From Gemmatimonadales bacterium (GTDB lineage Bacteria; Gemmatimonadota; Gemmatimonadetes; Gemmatimonadales; GWC2-71-9): DNA of 64,000 nucleotides. The stretch spans positions 11,040-75,039 of the forward strand of contig JAICLE010000006.1 of the NCBI GenBank assembly GCA_025927545.1. The letters run 5' to 3'. Positions 14,555-26,831 of the stretch are shown here, in pieces; within the stretch, counting starts at the first letter, position 1; every line of letters begins with the position of its first letter. A program made the position numbers and the translations under genes. A model generated the notes under the pieces. The model was given only the letters and a program-made list of their open reading frames with translations. It made no database searches and was not told where the DNA came from.

Positions 14555-15336
14555 TCCATCGAAGTGCCTGGCTGCTTCTGCTGGCGGGAGCGGGCGCGTG
14601 CGGCGGCGCGAGGGCGCCGGCGCGGGCCGCCCCGACCCCCGTCTCCGCCGTGTCGGAGACGGCGAGCCGCGGCGCCATCGACTCGCTTTGGACCCAGTCG
14701 ATGCACGCGGTGCGCCGAGGCAAGTGGGGTGACGCCGCCAAGAACCTCCAGCGGGTGCTGCTCGAGCTTCCCCCCGGAGATCCCCGGAGCGCTCAGGCAC
14801 ACCTGTTCCTGGGAGAGGCGCAGCTGGCGCTGGGAAGCAATCTGGAAGCCGCGCGCGAGTTTCGCAAAGTATCCGACGATACGCCGAACGACCCCCTCGC
14901 GCCCGAGGCGCTCCTCCGGGCCGGCGACGCTTACGCCGATCTGTGGCGGAAGCCCGAGCTCGACCCGTCGTACGGCCAGACCGCGCTCGCGACGTACCAG
15001 GAGCTCCTCAACCGGTATCCCGGAGGCACACCCGCCAAGCGGGCGCAGGAGCGGATCGAGGCGTTGCAGGAGCGGTTCGCCTACAAGGAGTATCGGTCGG
15101 CGCTCTACTACATGCGGCTCAAGGCCTACGACTCGGCGATCCTGTACCTCAAGGACCTGGTCGCGACCTATCCCCGAAGCAAGGTGGCGCCGGACGCGCT
15201 AATCCGGCTGGTGCAGGCCTACCGCACCCTCGGCTACAAGGAGGATGTGGCGGAGACCTGCGGGTACATCCGGCGGTTTCATTCGGGCGCGCCGGGAGCG
15301 GGGAAGGCCTGCCCGGCCGAGCCGGCGGCGTCGTGA
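14551..15336 (+). CDS. bamD: Outer membrane protein assembly factor BamD (YfiO-like TPR lipoprotein)
   Basis: ATG 14551 overlaps the upstream stop (ATGA). Signal plus lipobox (LLLLAGAGACGG) and a BamD-like pattern (AQAHLFLGEAQLALGSNLEAAREF...YKEYRSALYYMRLKAYDSAILYLKDLVATYPRS). Confidence 0.8.
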   Translation: MIHRSAWLLLLAGAGACGGARAPARAAPTPVSAVSETASRGAIDSLWTQSMHAVRRGKWGDAAKNLQRVLLELPPGDPRSAQAHLFLGEAQLALGSNLEAAREFRKVSDDTPNDPLAPEALLRAGDAYADLWRKPELDPSYGQTALATYQELLNRYPGGTPAKRAQERIEALQERFAYKEYRSALYYMRLKAYDSAILYLKDLVATYPRSKVAPDALIRLVQAYRTLGYKEDVAETCGYIRRFHSGAPGAGKACPAEPAAS

Positions 15337-15374
15337 GGCGCGGGGATCACAGATCCCGCGCCGGGTAGCGCCCG

Positions 15375-15970
15375 ATGCCGGCCACCTCCTCCTCCACTCG
15401 CGCCATCGGGCTCTTCGGCGGCTCGTTCGACCCGATCCATCACGGCCACCTGATCGCGGGCCAGGCGGCGGCCGAACGGCTGGGGCTGGACGAGCTGCGC
15501 TATATGCCGGCTCGCGAGCAGCCGTTCAAGCGCGGGCTTCACGCCGCGCCCGCCGCCGACCGGGCCGCCATGCTCGAGCTGGCCGTGGCGGGCGCGCCGA
15601 AGCTCGCCGTGGAGCCGATCGAGCTGGGCCGTCCGGGGCCGTCCTACACGGCCGAAACGCTCCGGGCGTTACGCGTGCGCGAGCCGGGGGCCGCCTTCAC
15701 CCTGCTGCTGGGGTCCGATGCCGCCCTGGAACTCGAGGCCTGGCATGATGCCGCTGCGCTGCCGGGGCTGGCGAGGATCGTCGTGTTCGCCCGGGCCGGG
15801 ATCCCGGTGCCCCCGTCGTCCCTGATTTCGGCCGGCGTCGAGGTCCCCGCCGTGGAGATCTCGGCGACGGATATCCGTGAACGGGTCCGGGCGGGCCGCT
15901 CGATCCGCTACTGGGTGCCCGATCGGGTGGCGGAGTATGTGGCCCGGCACCGCTTATATTTGGACGGAGC

Positions 15971-15974
<4 letters not shown>
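15375..15974 (+). CDS. nadD: Nicotinate-nucleotide adenylyltransferase
   Basis: [16 protein letters not shown] (the (H/T)xGH motif) and the [11 protein letters not shown]-terminal motif. Confidence 0.9.
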
Positions 15975-19138
<3,164 letters not shown>

Positions 19139-19501
19139 AGTCCGCGCCCTGACCCGCGTCGTCCGACGGCGCGCCCTGTTCGAGCCAGCTCCGGAACATT
19201 CCCGACGCCTGCGCCAGCCGCCACTCGCCGAGGACGTCGAGCGCCATGGCCCTGATCGGCCCGCTCGGAACGGACTCCGCCGCAACGCATTGCTCTACCA
19301 GCCAGCCCTCGTAGTCCTCCGGTTCGGGATCATCCCGCACGGTCTCTTCCAGCAGGCGCCGCTTGACCGCCATTCCGATGGCGTCGGGCGTGGTATTGCG
19401 CTTGCGCCGCCGCCGGCGCCCCTCGGATGCGTCGAGCGCCGCCAGGAGCCGACGGCAGATCTCGGCCGGCCGGCCGGGGACCGGCGGAGGAGTCGGCGCG
19501 G

Positions 19502-20410
19502 TCACGTCGGGATGTCCAGCACGGCGCCCGGGACCGGCCGGGCGCCGCGGGCCACCACCCGTATCTCGAGCGGGGTGACGCGCTCCGCCGGCCGGTGGTA
19601 TCCCCGATCCAGCGCGACGAGATCGAGCTCGACCGTCTCCAGATCCCGGAGCAGCAGCTCGAACGGCCGGATCGGCAGAAGGGTGGCCATCGACTTGACG
19701 TATCCCCGGCAACTGGCGCAGGTCTCGACCTTCAGCACGTCGCCTCCATCCTCCGGCACCAGCGAGCCCAGCCGCTCGTGCTCCCGCTCCCCGCAATAAA
19801 GGCAGCGCAGCCACTCCGCCTCCCACGCCCCGCCACAGCGGCCACACCGCGCCCAGCGGCTCCGGTCGAGGCCGCGGTGCTCCACCAGCACCGGTCCACC
19901 GGCACAGATCGGGCAGAGGCCGTGCGGCCAGTGGGCGGGCGCACTCGCTTCGAGTTGGCGGCGGCAGGCGTGCAGCGATGGAAGGGCCGCCAGCTCGGCC
20001 ACGGGACCGAGCGCCGCCGGCTCGACGCCGGCCGCGAGCGCGAGCGCCTCGATGCCGGCGCGATCCTGCCGTACCGCGGCCTGCAGCAGCGCGATGGCCT
20101 CGGCGCGCGACGGCCGATACTTGCGGAGCGATGCCAACGACGCGAGGCGATGCACCAGCCGCTGCAGCCGGGCCGCGTCAACCACCAGCTCCCGGCCGTG
20201 CAGCAGCGGCGCGCCGGCCGAGGGGCCGGGCTCCAGATCAGCGAATGGCGAGCGCGCGGCGTCCTCATCCAGCGCGTCTTCCACTTCCGCCAGCAGCCGC
20301 AGCCACGCCTGCCATTCGGGCCGCTGCCGCTCGAGCTCGTCTAGTCGTGAGATGGAGTCGCTCCGAAGACCGCGGGTGGTCCCGTGCAGTCGACCGGCTC
20401 GGTGACGCAC
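19502..20410 (-). CDS. fdhE: Formate dehydrogenase accessory protein FdhE
   Basis: Paired CxxC motifs are present (CPICAGGP, CGRCGG, CLYCGE, CASCRGYVK), as in FdhE, and the gene sits in an FDH operon. The start is uncertain: GTG 20410 is the first plausible start that keeps the N-terminal helix, and it overlaps the small lipoprotein gene. Confidence 0.75.
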   Translation of the reverse strand: MRHRAGRLHGTTRGLRSDSISRLDELERQRPEWQAWLRLLAEVEDALDEDAARSPFADLEPGPSAGAPLLHGRELVVDAARLQRLVHRLASLASLRKYRPSRAEAIALLQAAVRQDRAGIEALALAAGVEPAALGPVAELAALPSLHACRRQLEASAPAHWPHGLCPICAGGPVLVEHRGLDRSRWARCGRCGGAWEAEWLRCLYCGEREHERLGSLVPEDGGDVLKVETCASCRGYVKSMATLLPIRPFELLLRDLETVELDLVALDRGYHRPAERVTPLEIRVVARGARPVPGAVLDIPT

Positions 20411-20580
20411 GGCGTCTTGTAATAGGGTCGAGCGCCGCCATGCATCTCGACCGTCGGGGTGCGATTTCCCACATCGGCACCCGGACCGCCACCGCGGGTG
20501 CGGCTCGCCTCCGGGCTCGCGCAGGCGGCCGCGCCGATCAGCGGGAGCAGGAGGATCGCTGCGCATGCGCGTCGGCTCAC
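20341..20580 (-). CDS. Small (79 aa) Cys-containing lipoprotein, not listed as its own ORF in the track
   Basis: GTG 20580 overlaps the NrfD-like stop (GTGA). VSRRACAAILLLPLIGAAAC is a signal peptide with lipobox. The mature part carries YYKTPCVTEPVDC. Third positions are G/C-rich. The gene is the tail of track ORF 20341..21474. Confidence 0.45.
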   Translation of the reverse strand: MSRRACAAILLLPLIGAAACASPEASRTRGGGPGADVGNRTPTVEMHGGARPYYKTPCVTEPVDCTGPPAVFGATPSHD

Positions 20581-21512
20581 CGGCCCGTCACTCCCGAGCC
20601 CAGCACATGGATCTGGTTGGACGAGAGCAGCACCACCACGCGGAGCAGAAAGCCCCCGAGCAGGACAAGGGCGGCGCTCCGGACGAGATGCCGGGGCGCC
20701 CGCACCTTGTGCCCCCGCTCCATCAGGAGCGGCACCACGATGCCGATCCCGACCACGCCGACCAGCAGAAGCACGCCCCACCAGTTGAGGAATGCCCGGG
20801 CGACGGACCCCAGCGTGATGAGAAAGGCGATCAGCACCAGCAGCTCCAGCACCAGCACCCGGCGATCGAACCAGCCGAGCCAGTCCAGCGATGCCGGGTG
20901 GCCCGCTCTCCGCCAGGCCGCGAGCAGGATCAGCGTCGCCGCGCCGGTCGAGGCGGCGGACACCAGGAACAGGAGCCCGAGCAGCGTCGAGTCGGCCCAG
21001 ATGGGCCGGTTGGTGACCGCGAGGAGCACCCCCGTATATCCGGCCAGGAAAAAGCCGAAGAGGCTGCCGAGCACCGCGATGGTAGCGGCCGCCCCGCGCC
21101 CGCGGAGCGCCCGAACCGGCGCCGACTGCAGCCACTTCACGTCCGGCCGGTCCTCGCTCAGCGCAGTGAGCGCCGCCAGAAAGGCGAAGAGCCCGAAGAG
21201 CAGCAGCCCCCACGACCCAACCGACATCGGCACCCACGCCTTGAACATCGGCCGGCCGGTGTTGGACTCGATCAGCATGTGCCAGAACCGCAGCGGCCGG
21301 TCGAGATCGATCGTGAGCAGGAACCCGCTCAGGATCACCCCCACGAACGCGCTGTAGTAGCCGAGTCGCACGAGCGGCCGGTCCACCGGGCGACCGAAGA
21401 GGTGCAGCAGCGCCGACAGGAAGAACGCGCCGCCGGCGATCCCGCCGATGAAGAAGTACAAAATGATCCACCACGCCCAGTGCGGCGAGCCGGTGAAGAA
21501 GGTGTCAGACAT
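20577..21512 (-). CDS. NrfD/PsrC-family integral membrane subunit (quinone-interacting anchor of the formate dehydrogenase)
   Basis: MSDTFFTGSPHWAWWIILYFFIGGIAGGAFF... followed by about 8 hydrophobic spans, the typical NrfD-family N-terminus. ATG 21512 overlaps the FeS-subunit stop (ATGTCTGA). Confidence 0.85.
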   Translation of the reverse strand: MSDTFFTGSPHWAWWIILYFFIGGIAGGAFFLSALLHLFGRPVDRPLVRLGYYSAFVGVILSGFLLTIDLDRPLRFWHMLIESNTGRPMFKAWVPMSVGSWGLLLFGLFAFLAALTALSEDRPDVKWLQSAPVRALRGRGAAATIAVLGSLFGFFLAGYTGVLLAVTNRPIWADSTLLGLLFLVSAASTGAATLILLAAWRRAGHPASLDWLGWFDRRVLVLELLVLIAFLITLGSVARAFLNWWGVLLLVGVVGIGIVVPLLMERGHKVRAPRHLVRSAALVLLGGFLLRVVVLLSSNQIHVLGSGVTGR

Positions 21513-22314
21513 CGGCGTCCTCCCGCGGCTCGGCACGGTCGTCCATCAGCCGCTTCCTCAGTCCGACGAGCCCGAGCAGCGCGATCACCACGGCACCCGC
21601 GGTCGAGAGGAGCGCGCTGGGGAGCAGGTTGCGGGTGGGCATCCGGGGCGATCGGGGGAGGCCGTACGTCTCCGGCTCGTCCACCAGGAGATAGAACGAG
21701 TTGAGCCCGCCCAGGAACTTCTGGTCCGCCCCGTACAGCCGGGCCCGGCGCTCCCCGAGCTGGTGGAGCTGGCGCACCCGTGTCTCGGCCTGCTGCTTGA
21801 GCTCGCGGATGGTGCCGAACCGGATCGAATCGGTGGGGCACGCCTGGGAGCAGGCGGGCTCCATCCCGACCTGGAGCCGGTCGTAACACAGCGTGCACTT
21901 CTGGGCGGTATCGGACGCGGGGTTGATGTCGATGACGCCGAAGGGGCAGGCCGCGATGCACAGCCGGCAGCCGTTGCAGGCGTCCGACTGAATGACCACC
22001 GTGTCGAACTCGGTCCGGATGATGGCACCCGTCGGGCAGACCTCCAGGCAGGGCGCGCGCACGCAGTGCTTGCACACGTCGCTCATCATGAGCCAGCGGC
22101 CGTCGTTCCGGTCCTCGCTGAACTGCTCGACGAACTTGACGTGCCGCCAGTGGATGCCGTCCAGCCGCTGGGTGTTGTCGTAGCTGTCGCCGCTCATCTC
22201 GTGCCGGCCGCCGCCGGTCGCGGGGAGCTGGTTCCACTCCTTGCACGCGACCTCGCACGCCTTGCATCCGATGCAGACGGTGGTGTCCGTGTAGAACCCC
22301 ATGGGCTCGGGCAT
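21505..22314 (-). CDS. fdnH: Formate dehydrogenase iron-sulfur (beta) subunit, 4x[4Fe-4S] ferredoxin type
   Basis: MPEPMGFYTDTTVCIGCKACEVACKEWN..., CKHCVRAPCLEVCPTGA, CNGCRLCIAACPFG and CTLCYDRL...CSQACPT are present, plus a C-terminal TM helix. ATG 22314 overlaps the alpha-subunit stop (ATGA). Confidence 0.9.
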   Translation of the reverse strand: MPEPMGFYTDTTVCIGCKACEVACKEWNQLPATGGGRHEMSGDSYDNTQRLDGIHWRHVKFVEQFSEDRNDGRWLMMSDVCKHCVRAPCLEVCPTGAIIRTEFDTVVIQSDACNGCRLCIAACPFGVIDINPASDTAQKCTLCYDRLQVGMEPACSQACPTDSIRFGTIRELKQQAETRVRQLHQLGERRARLYGADQKFLGGLNSFYLLVDEPETYGLPRSPRMPTRNLLPSALLSTAGAVVIALLGLVGLRKRLMDDRAEPREDADV

Positions 22315-25300
22315 CAGGCCTTCTCCACGTTGCACACGAACGCCTTGCCCTCGTGGATGCTCACGTTGGGATCGCCGACCATGGCGGTCAGCGTGTTGGT
22401 GACGTCGCCGGTGACGACGCCCTCCCAGCCCCAGTGCCACGGCATGCCGACCTGGTGGACGATCTTGCCGCCGAGCCGGAACGGCCGCATGCGGCGGGTC
22501 ACCAGCGCCTTGGCCCGGATGTGCGCCCTCGGCGAGCTGATCCGCACCCAATCGGTGTTGCGGATGCCCTTCTCGGCCGCGAGCTCGGGCGACAGCTCGA
22601 TGAACAGCTCCGGCATCAGCTCCGCGAGCCAGGGGTTCCACCGGCTCATCACGCCGGAGAGATAGTGCTCCGTCAGCCGGTAGGTGGTGATCACGTAGGG
22701 GAAGCGCGGATCGCCCACGCTCGCGAGCGGATTGCCATCGTGCTTCCAGTACTTGAGCACCGGGCTGCTCTGCTGGCGGTACAGCGCATTCCGCACCGGC
22801 GACTCGGCGGGCTCGTAATGGGTGGGGAACGGGCCGTCGAGCAGGCCCGAGGAGTTGAACAGCCAGCCGGTCCCGTCGGGGATCATGATGAACGGCTGCC
22901 GGCCCGAGAAGGCGTCGAGGCCGATGCCCTTGGGGTTACCTGGGGCTGAGGGCGCCTTGGTGAGGGAGAAGTCGGGGACGTCGTAGCCGGTCCACTGCTT
23001 CCCATCCCACCACACCCACTTCTTCCGCTCGCTCCACGGCCGGCCCTGGGGATCGGCCGAGGCTCGGTTGTACAGCACTCTCCGGTTGGCCGGCCAGGCC
23101 CAGCCCCAGTTGAGCTCGGCGCCGGGCACGCCGGGCGGATCGGGCTCGCGCCGCGCGGCGAGATTGCGGTCCGCCGCGGGGTAGACGCCGCAGTAGATCC
23201 ACGACGCGCAGGTGGTGGATCCGTCATCCTTCAGCTCGTCGAACCCGGCGAGATGGCGGGTCGGATCGCCCGTGTAGTAGCCGTTGATCTCCCGCAGCAC
23301 CTTCTTCAGGTCGGGCTCGCCCGGAATGCTCTCCTTCGAGGGGTCATCGGGGTCGAAGTCCCACGTCAGTTTCTTGAAGCCTTCGTCGCGGGGCAGGGCG
23401 CTGTCGGCGTAGAGTCGCTTCAGCCGGAGGGCCAACTGGTGCGTGAACCAGGGATCGGAGCGGCACTGGCCCGGCGGGTCGGCGGCCTTGAAGTGCCACT
23501 GCAGCATCCGCTGGGTGTTGGTGAAGCTCCCGTCGATCTCGGCAACCTGGGCCGAGGGGAAGAAGAACACCTCGGTCTTGATGTCCTCCGGCTTCACGTC
23601 TCCGGACTCGACCTCGGGCGCCCGGTTCCAGAACGTGGCGGTCTCGATCAGGAAATTGTCCTTGACCACCAGCCACTCGAGCTGCCGCATTCCCTTGCGC
23701 TCGAGCCCCGCGTTGAGCGAGGTGGCGGGATTCTGACCGATGCAGAGCATCCCTTTGACCCGTCCGTCCGCCATCGCCACGAACATCGGCATGTGCGAGT
23801 GGTCGCCCGAGATCTTGGGGTGCCAATCGTAGCCGAACTGGTTCTCCGGCGTGGCCGCGCTCCCGTACATCGACTTGAAGTAGGAAACCAGGAACTTGGG
23901 CATGTTGGCCCAGTAGCTGGTGGCGGTCCCCTCAGTGGCCAGGTACTCGCGCAGGCTCTGGTGGGCCTTGAGCGCGGACGGGGCCGGCATGTAGCCGTGA
24001 ATGCTGTGGTAGAGCGTCGGCACGTCGGTCGAGCCCTGAATCGAGGCGTGGCCCCGGAGTGCCATGATCCCGCCGCCGGGTCGGCCGATGTTGCCGAGCA
24101 GGAGTTGCAGCAGCGCGCAGCACCCGATCACTTGAGGCCCGTTGGTGTGCTGAGTCCAGGCGACCGCGTAGGCAAAGGACGTGGTGCGGTCCCGTCCCGA
24201 GTTCTCCAGGATCGTCTCGGCGACCTTGGTGAACGTGGCTTGAGGACAGCCCGTCACCTGCTCCACCATCTCGGGGGTGTAGCGGCTGAAGTGCCTCTTC
24301 AGGAGCTGGAACACGCAGCGAGGGTTGCGCAGCGTGTCGTCGCGAAGGGGGACGGGCTTCCTGAGCGAGCGGATCACCTCATCCAGGGGCTCGTCCGGGC
24401 GCACCGGCCGCTGCGCGGTGCTCCGGCCGGGGGCCGCGTTCTCCTCGCCGCCTCGGGGCTGACCCTGCTCCTCGCCGTGCCGGGCGTATTGCCAGGAGTC
24501 GGTCTGGTATGCGCCCAGGAACCCGTCGTACGGCCACTCGGGCGCGCCGCCCGAGTACTTCATGAGGCCGGAGAACACCCCGTCGAGTTCCTCGGTGCCC
24601 TTGAAGTCCTCCCGAATGATGACGGCGGCGTTGGTATAGTTGAGCAGGTACTCCCGGAAGAACGAATTGGTGTTCCACCGTTCGTTGTTGATGACGTAGT
24701 TGATCAGACCGCCGAGGAAGCCGATGTCGCCGCCGGCGCGGATGGGCGCATAGATGTCGCACATCGCGCTGGTGCGGGTAAAGCGGGGGTCAACGTGGAT
24801 GAGCTTGGCCCCGTGCTCCACCTTGGCCCTCATGGGCCAGCGGAAGGCCACCGGATGGCACTCCGCCATGTTGGAGCCTTCGAACACGATGCAGTCCGAC
24901 TGCTCCATGTTGCGCGGATAGGTGGTCGCCGCGCCGCGACCGAGTCGGGTCCCCAGACCGGGGACGCTGGAGGAGTGTCATATTCGGGCCTGGTTCTCGA
25001 TGCCGACGATGCCGAGCCCCCGCAGCAGCTTCTGCTGCAGATGATTCCACTCATTGTCGAGCGTAGCGCCACCCACGGCCAGGATGGCGGTGGTCTGGTT
25101 CGCCAGCCTGCCGTTCTCCAGCCGCTCGACGAAGGTCTCGTCCCGGGTCTTCTTGACCAGCTCGGCCACCCGATCCATTGCCCAGTCCAGCTCGACCTCG
25201 TCCCACTTAGTGGCGCCCGGCTTCCGGTGCAGCACCTTGGTGGCGCGGTTGGGATTCTTGTGGAGCTGGTAGATGGCCGCGCCCTTGGGGCAGAGCGTCC

Positions 25301-25556
25301 CCTGGTTGTGGGGACTGCGGAGATCACCCTCGATGTTCACGATCTCGTTGCCCACCGTATGGACGATCGTGGCGCAGCCGACGGCGCAGTAGGGACAGAC
25401 GCTCGGCGTGGCCTTGGCGTCCTTGATCCGGAGCTGCTGGGCGCGGGCGGTCGCGGGTGTGAGGCTGGCGCCCAGACCCGCCAGCGACCCGAGCGCCGTA
25501 CCCGGCCCGAGGCCGGCGGCAGTAACCCGGAGGAATTCACGGCGGGAAAGCGGCAT
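22314..25556 (-). CDS. fdnG: Formate dehydrogenase catalytic (alpha) subunit, Tat-exported molybdopterin enzyme with selenocysteine (UGA at 24978..24980)
   Basis: Track ORFs 24978..25556 and 22314..24908 are in the same frame, separated only by one TGA. Together they read ...GIENQARI-U-HSSSVPGLGTRLGRGAATTYPRNMEQSD..., matching the FdnG/FdhF Sec site. The N-terminus has a twin-arginine signal (SRREFLRV) and the CPYCAVGC FeS motif. Confidence 0.9.
24941..24977 (-). promoter_or_regulatory. Bacterial SECIS element (selenocysteine insertion hairpin) immediately 3' of the UGA
   Basis: The mRNA reads UGA CAC UCC UCC AGC GUC CCC GGU CUG GGG ACC. GUCCCC / GGGGAC forms a 6-bp stem with apical loop GGUCU. 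The GGUCUG occupies the same position (+22..+27 from the U of UGA) as in the E. coli fdhF SECIS. Confidence 0.65.
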
Positions 25557-25670
25557 GCGGACCTCGACTGCGCGCTGATGCCATGGTGCTGATGCCCTGG
25601 GAGTGACCGAACTGCCTTTCTAAATGAGACGCCGCTTGACCTGCCGCTGTGATCCAGCACACTTCACGAC

Positions 25671-26267
25671 ATGTCGGCACCCGTGAAGGTGATCGCGAAG
25701 CCGGTGGACGGCAGCCGGTGCACGCTCGTCCTGAGCCGCCCGGTCCGCCTGTCCGGCGTACGCCGCTACACCTCGGGTGACGACACGAGCGATGCCCCTG
25801 TGGCCAAAGCGCTCCTGGGCGCCCCGGGCGTCACGGAAGTCGTGGTAGCCGGGGACGAGCTGACCATCACCAAGAGCGCGTCGGCCCCCCCTTGGAGCGA
25901 TCTGGTCGCGCAGCTCCGTTACGCGGTCCGCGCGGCGATGGAGCAGCCGGACCCGGTAGCGGCGGCGGCGCCGGCCGGACTGCCGGACGACGACGCGGTG
26001 TACCAGGTGGCGGACCACGTGTGCCGCACTGAGATCAACCACTGGGTGGCCCAGCACGGCGGCAAGGTCGAGGTGGTGGACGTACAGGATGGGATGGTCG
26101 TGCTGCGCATGAGCGGTGGATGCCAGGGCTGCGGGATGGCGCGCGTCACCCTGAGCCAGGGGGTCGAGGCCGCGCTGCGTCGGGCGATCCCGGGGCTCCG
26201 AGGCGTCCGGGACGTGACCGATCACGGGGCAGGCAGCCGGCCGTACTTCCGCCCGGCCGGAGCCTAG
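25671..26267 (+). CDS. NifU/Nfu-type Fe-S cluster assembly/delivery protein
   Basis: The C-terminal NifU domain has the CxxC motif (MSGGCQGCGMARVTL). The N-terminal part resembles the Nfu N-domain. The gene is divergent from the FDH operon. Confidence 0.75.
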   Translation: MSAPVKVIAKPVDGSRCTLVLSRPVRLSGVRRYTSGDDTSDAPVAKALLGAPGVTEVVVAGDELTITKSASAPPWSDLVAQLRYAVRAAMEQPDPVAAAAPAGLPDDDAVYQVADHVCRTEINHWVAQHGGKVEVVDVQDGMVVLRMSGGCQGCGMARVTLSQGVEAALRRAIPGLRGVRDVTDHGAGSRPYFRPAGA

Positions 26268-26277
26268 GGGCCGGGCG

Positions 26278-26700
26278 TTAGCGACAGTTCGGGACTTTCC
26301 CGGGGACGCCGGTCCCCACGACCAACGCCTCGATGCAGTGAGGAGCGCCGGTGGACTCCACCACCGTCACGCTGGCGGCCCCGGTGATGCCCTGAGCCTC
26401 GGCGATGATCTGCACGTGCCCCGCCTTGATACCCAACACCAGGCCACCCGAGGCAACGCTCGCGATCGCCGGATCCGAGCTCCGCCAGGTCAGGTCCGAC
26501 GGCATCCCGCTCGTGCCGTCGGCCTCTTTCACGGCGGCGGTGAGTCGGAGGGATGCCCCGCGCGCGAGCGCCGCGACGCTGGGCGCGACGGTGACGACTC
26601 CGGGGTCCGCGGGGGACGAGGAGCCGGTGGGGGTCGACGAACAGGCCGCGAGCAGGCTGCCGAGGGAAACGACCGTCGAGAGCGTCAGCATGGTGCGCAT
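26278..26700 (-). CDS. Lipoprotein with bacterial Ig-like (Big_2) domain
   Basis: MRTMLTLSTVVSLGSLLAACSS has a lipobox. LTWRSSDPAIASVASGGLVLGIKAGHVQIIAEA is a typical Big_2 pattern. ATG 26700 is chosen because it immediately precedes the signal peptide. Confidence 0.65.
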   Translation of the reverse strand: MRTMLTLSTVVSLGSLLAACSSTPTGSSSPADPGVVTVAPSVAALARGASLRLTAAVKEADGTSGMPSDLTWRSSDPAIASVASGGLVLGIKAGHVQIIAEAQGITGAASVTVVESTGAPHCIEALVVGTGVPGKVPNCR

Positions 26701-26831
26701 GGTGACCTCGCCTCTGAGGGGCGCTCCGTCCGGCCCCGCCCGCGCCGCCGAGAGCTTGCCCCCGCCGAACCACCGACCCACACTAAGAGGCGACGCTCAG
26801 CGCACCATCACGCTCCGCTCACTCGAGGCTC

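Noticed and set aside
19506-19847. Upstream two-thirds of minus ORF 19017..19847
   Set aside because: It overlaps fdhE out of frame and its translation is Gly/Arg/Ala/Pro low-complexity. Only the part downstream of the GTGA junction at 19505 is kept as a candidate gene.
20411-20566. ATG 20566 as the fdhE start (full track ORF 19502..20566)
   Set aside because: It would overlap the whole lipoprotein-type frame. It would also add about 50 Arg/Pro/Gly-rich residues with weaker third-position G/C bias. A shorter fdhE starting near GTG 20410 fits better, but this remains uncertain.
23253-25592. 779-aa plus-strand ORF opposite the formate dehydrogenase alpha gene, and the minus-strand 7611..9182 ORF opposite the sugar genes
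   Set aside because: The opposite strand carries recognisable molybdopterin-oxidoreductase or DegT/acetyltransferase sequences. These ORFs have low-complexity, Arg-rich translations.
25570-25600. Possible sigma-54 (-24/-12) promoter upstream of the FDH operon (minus strand TGGCATCAGCGCGCA)
   Set aside because: The GG and GC elements are one base too close compared with TGGCAC-N5-TTGCA, and the -12 region lacks TTGC. The resemblance is probably a by-product of the GGCATCAGC direct repeat.
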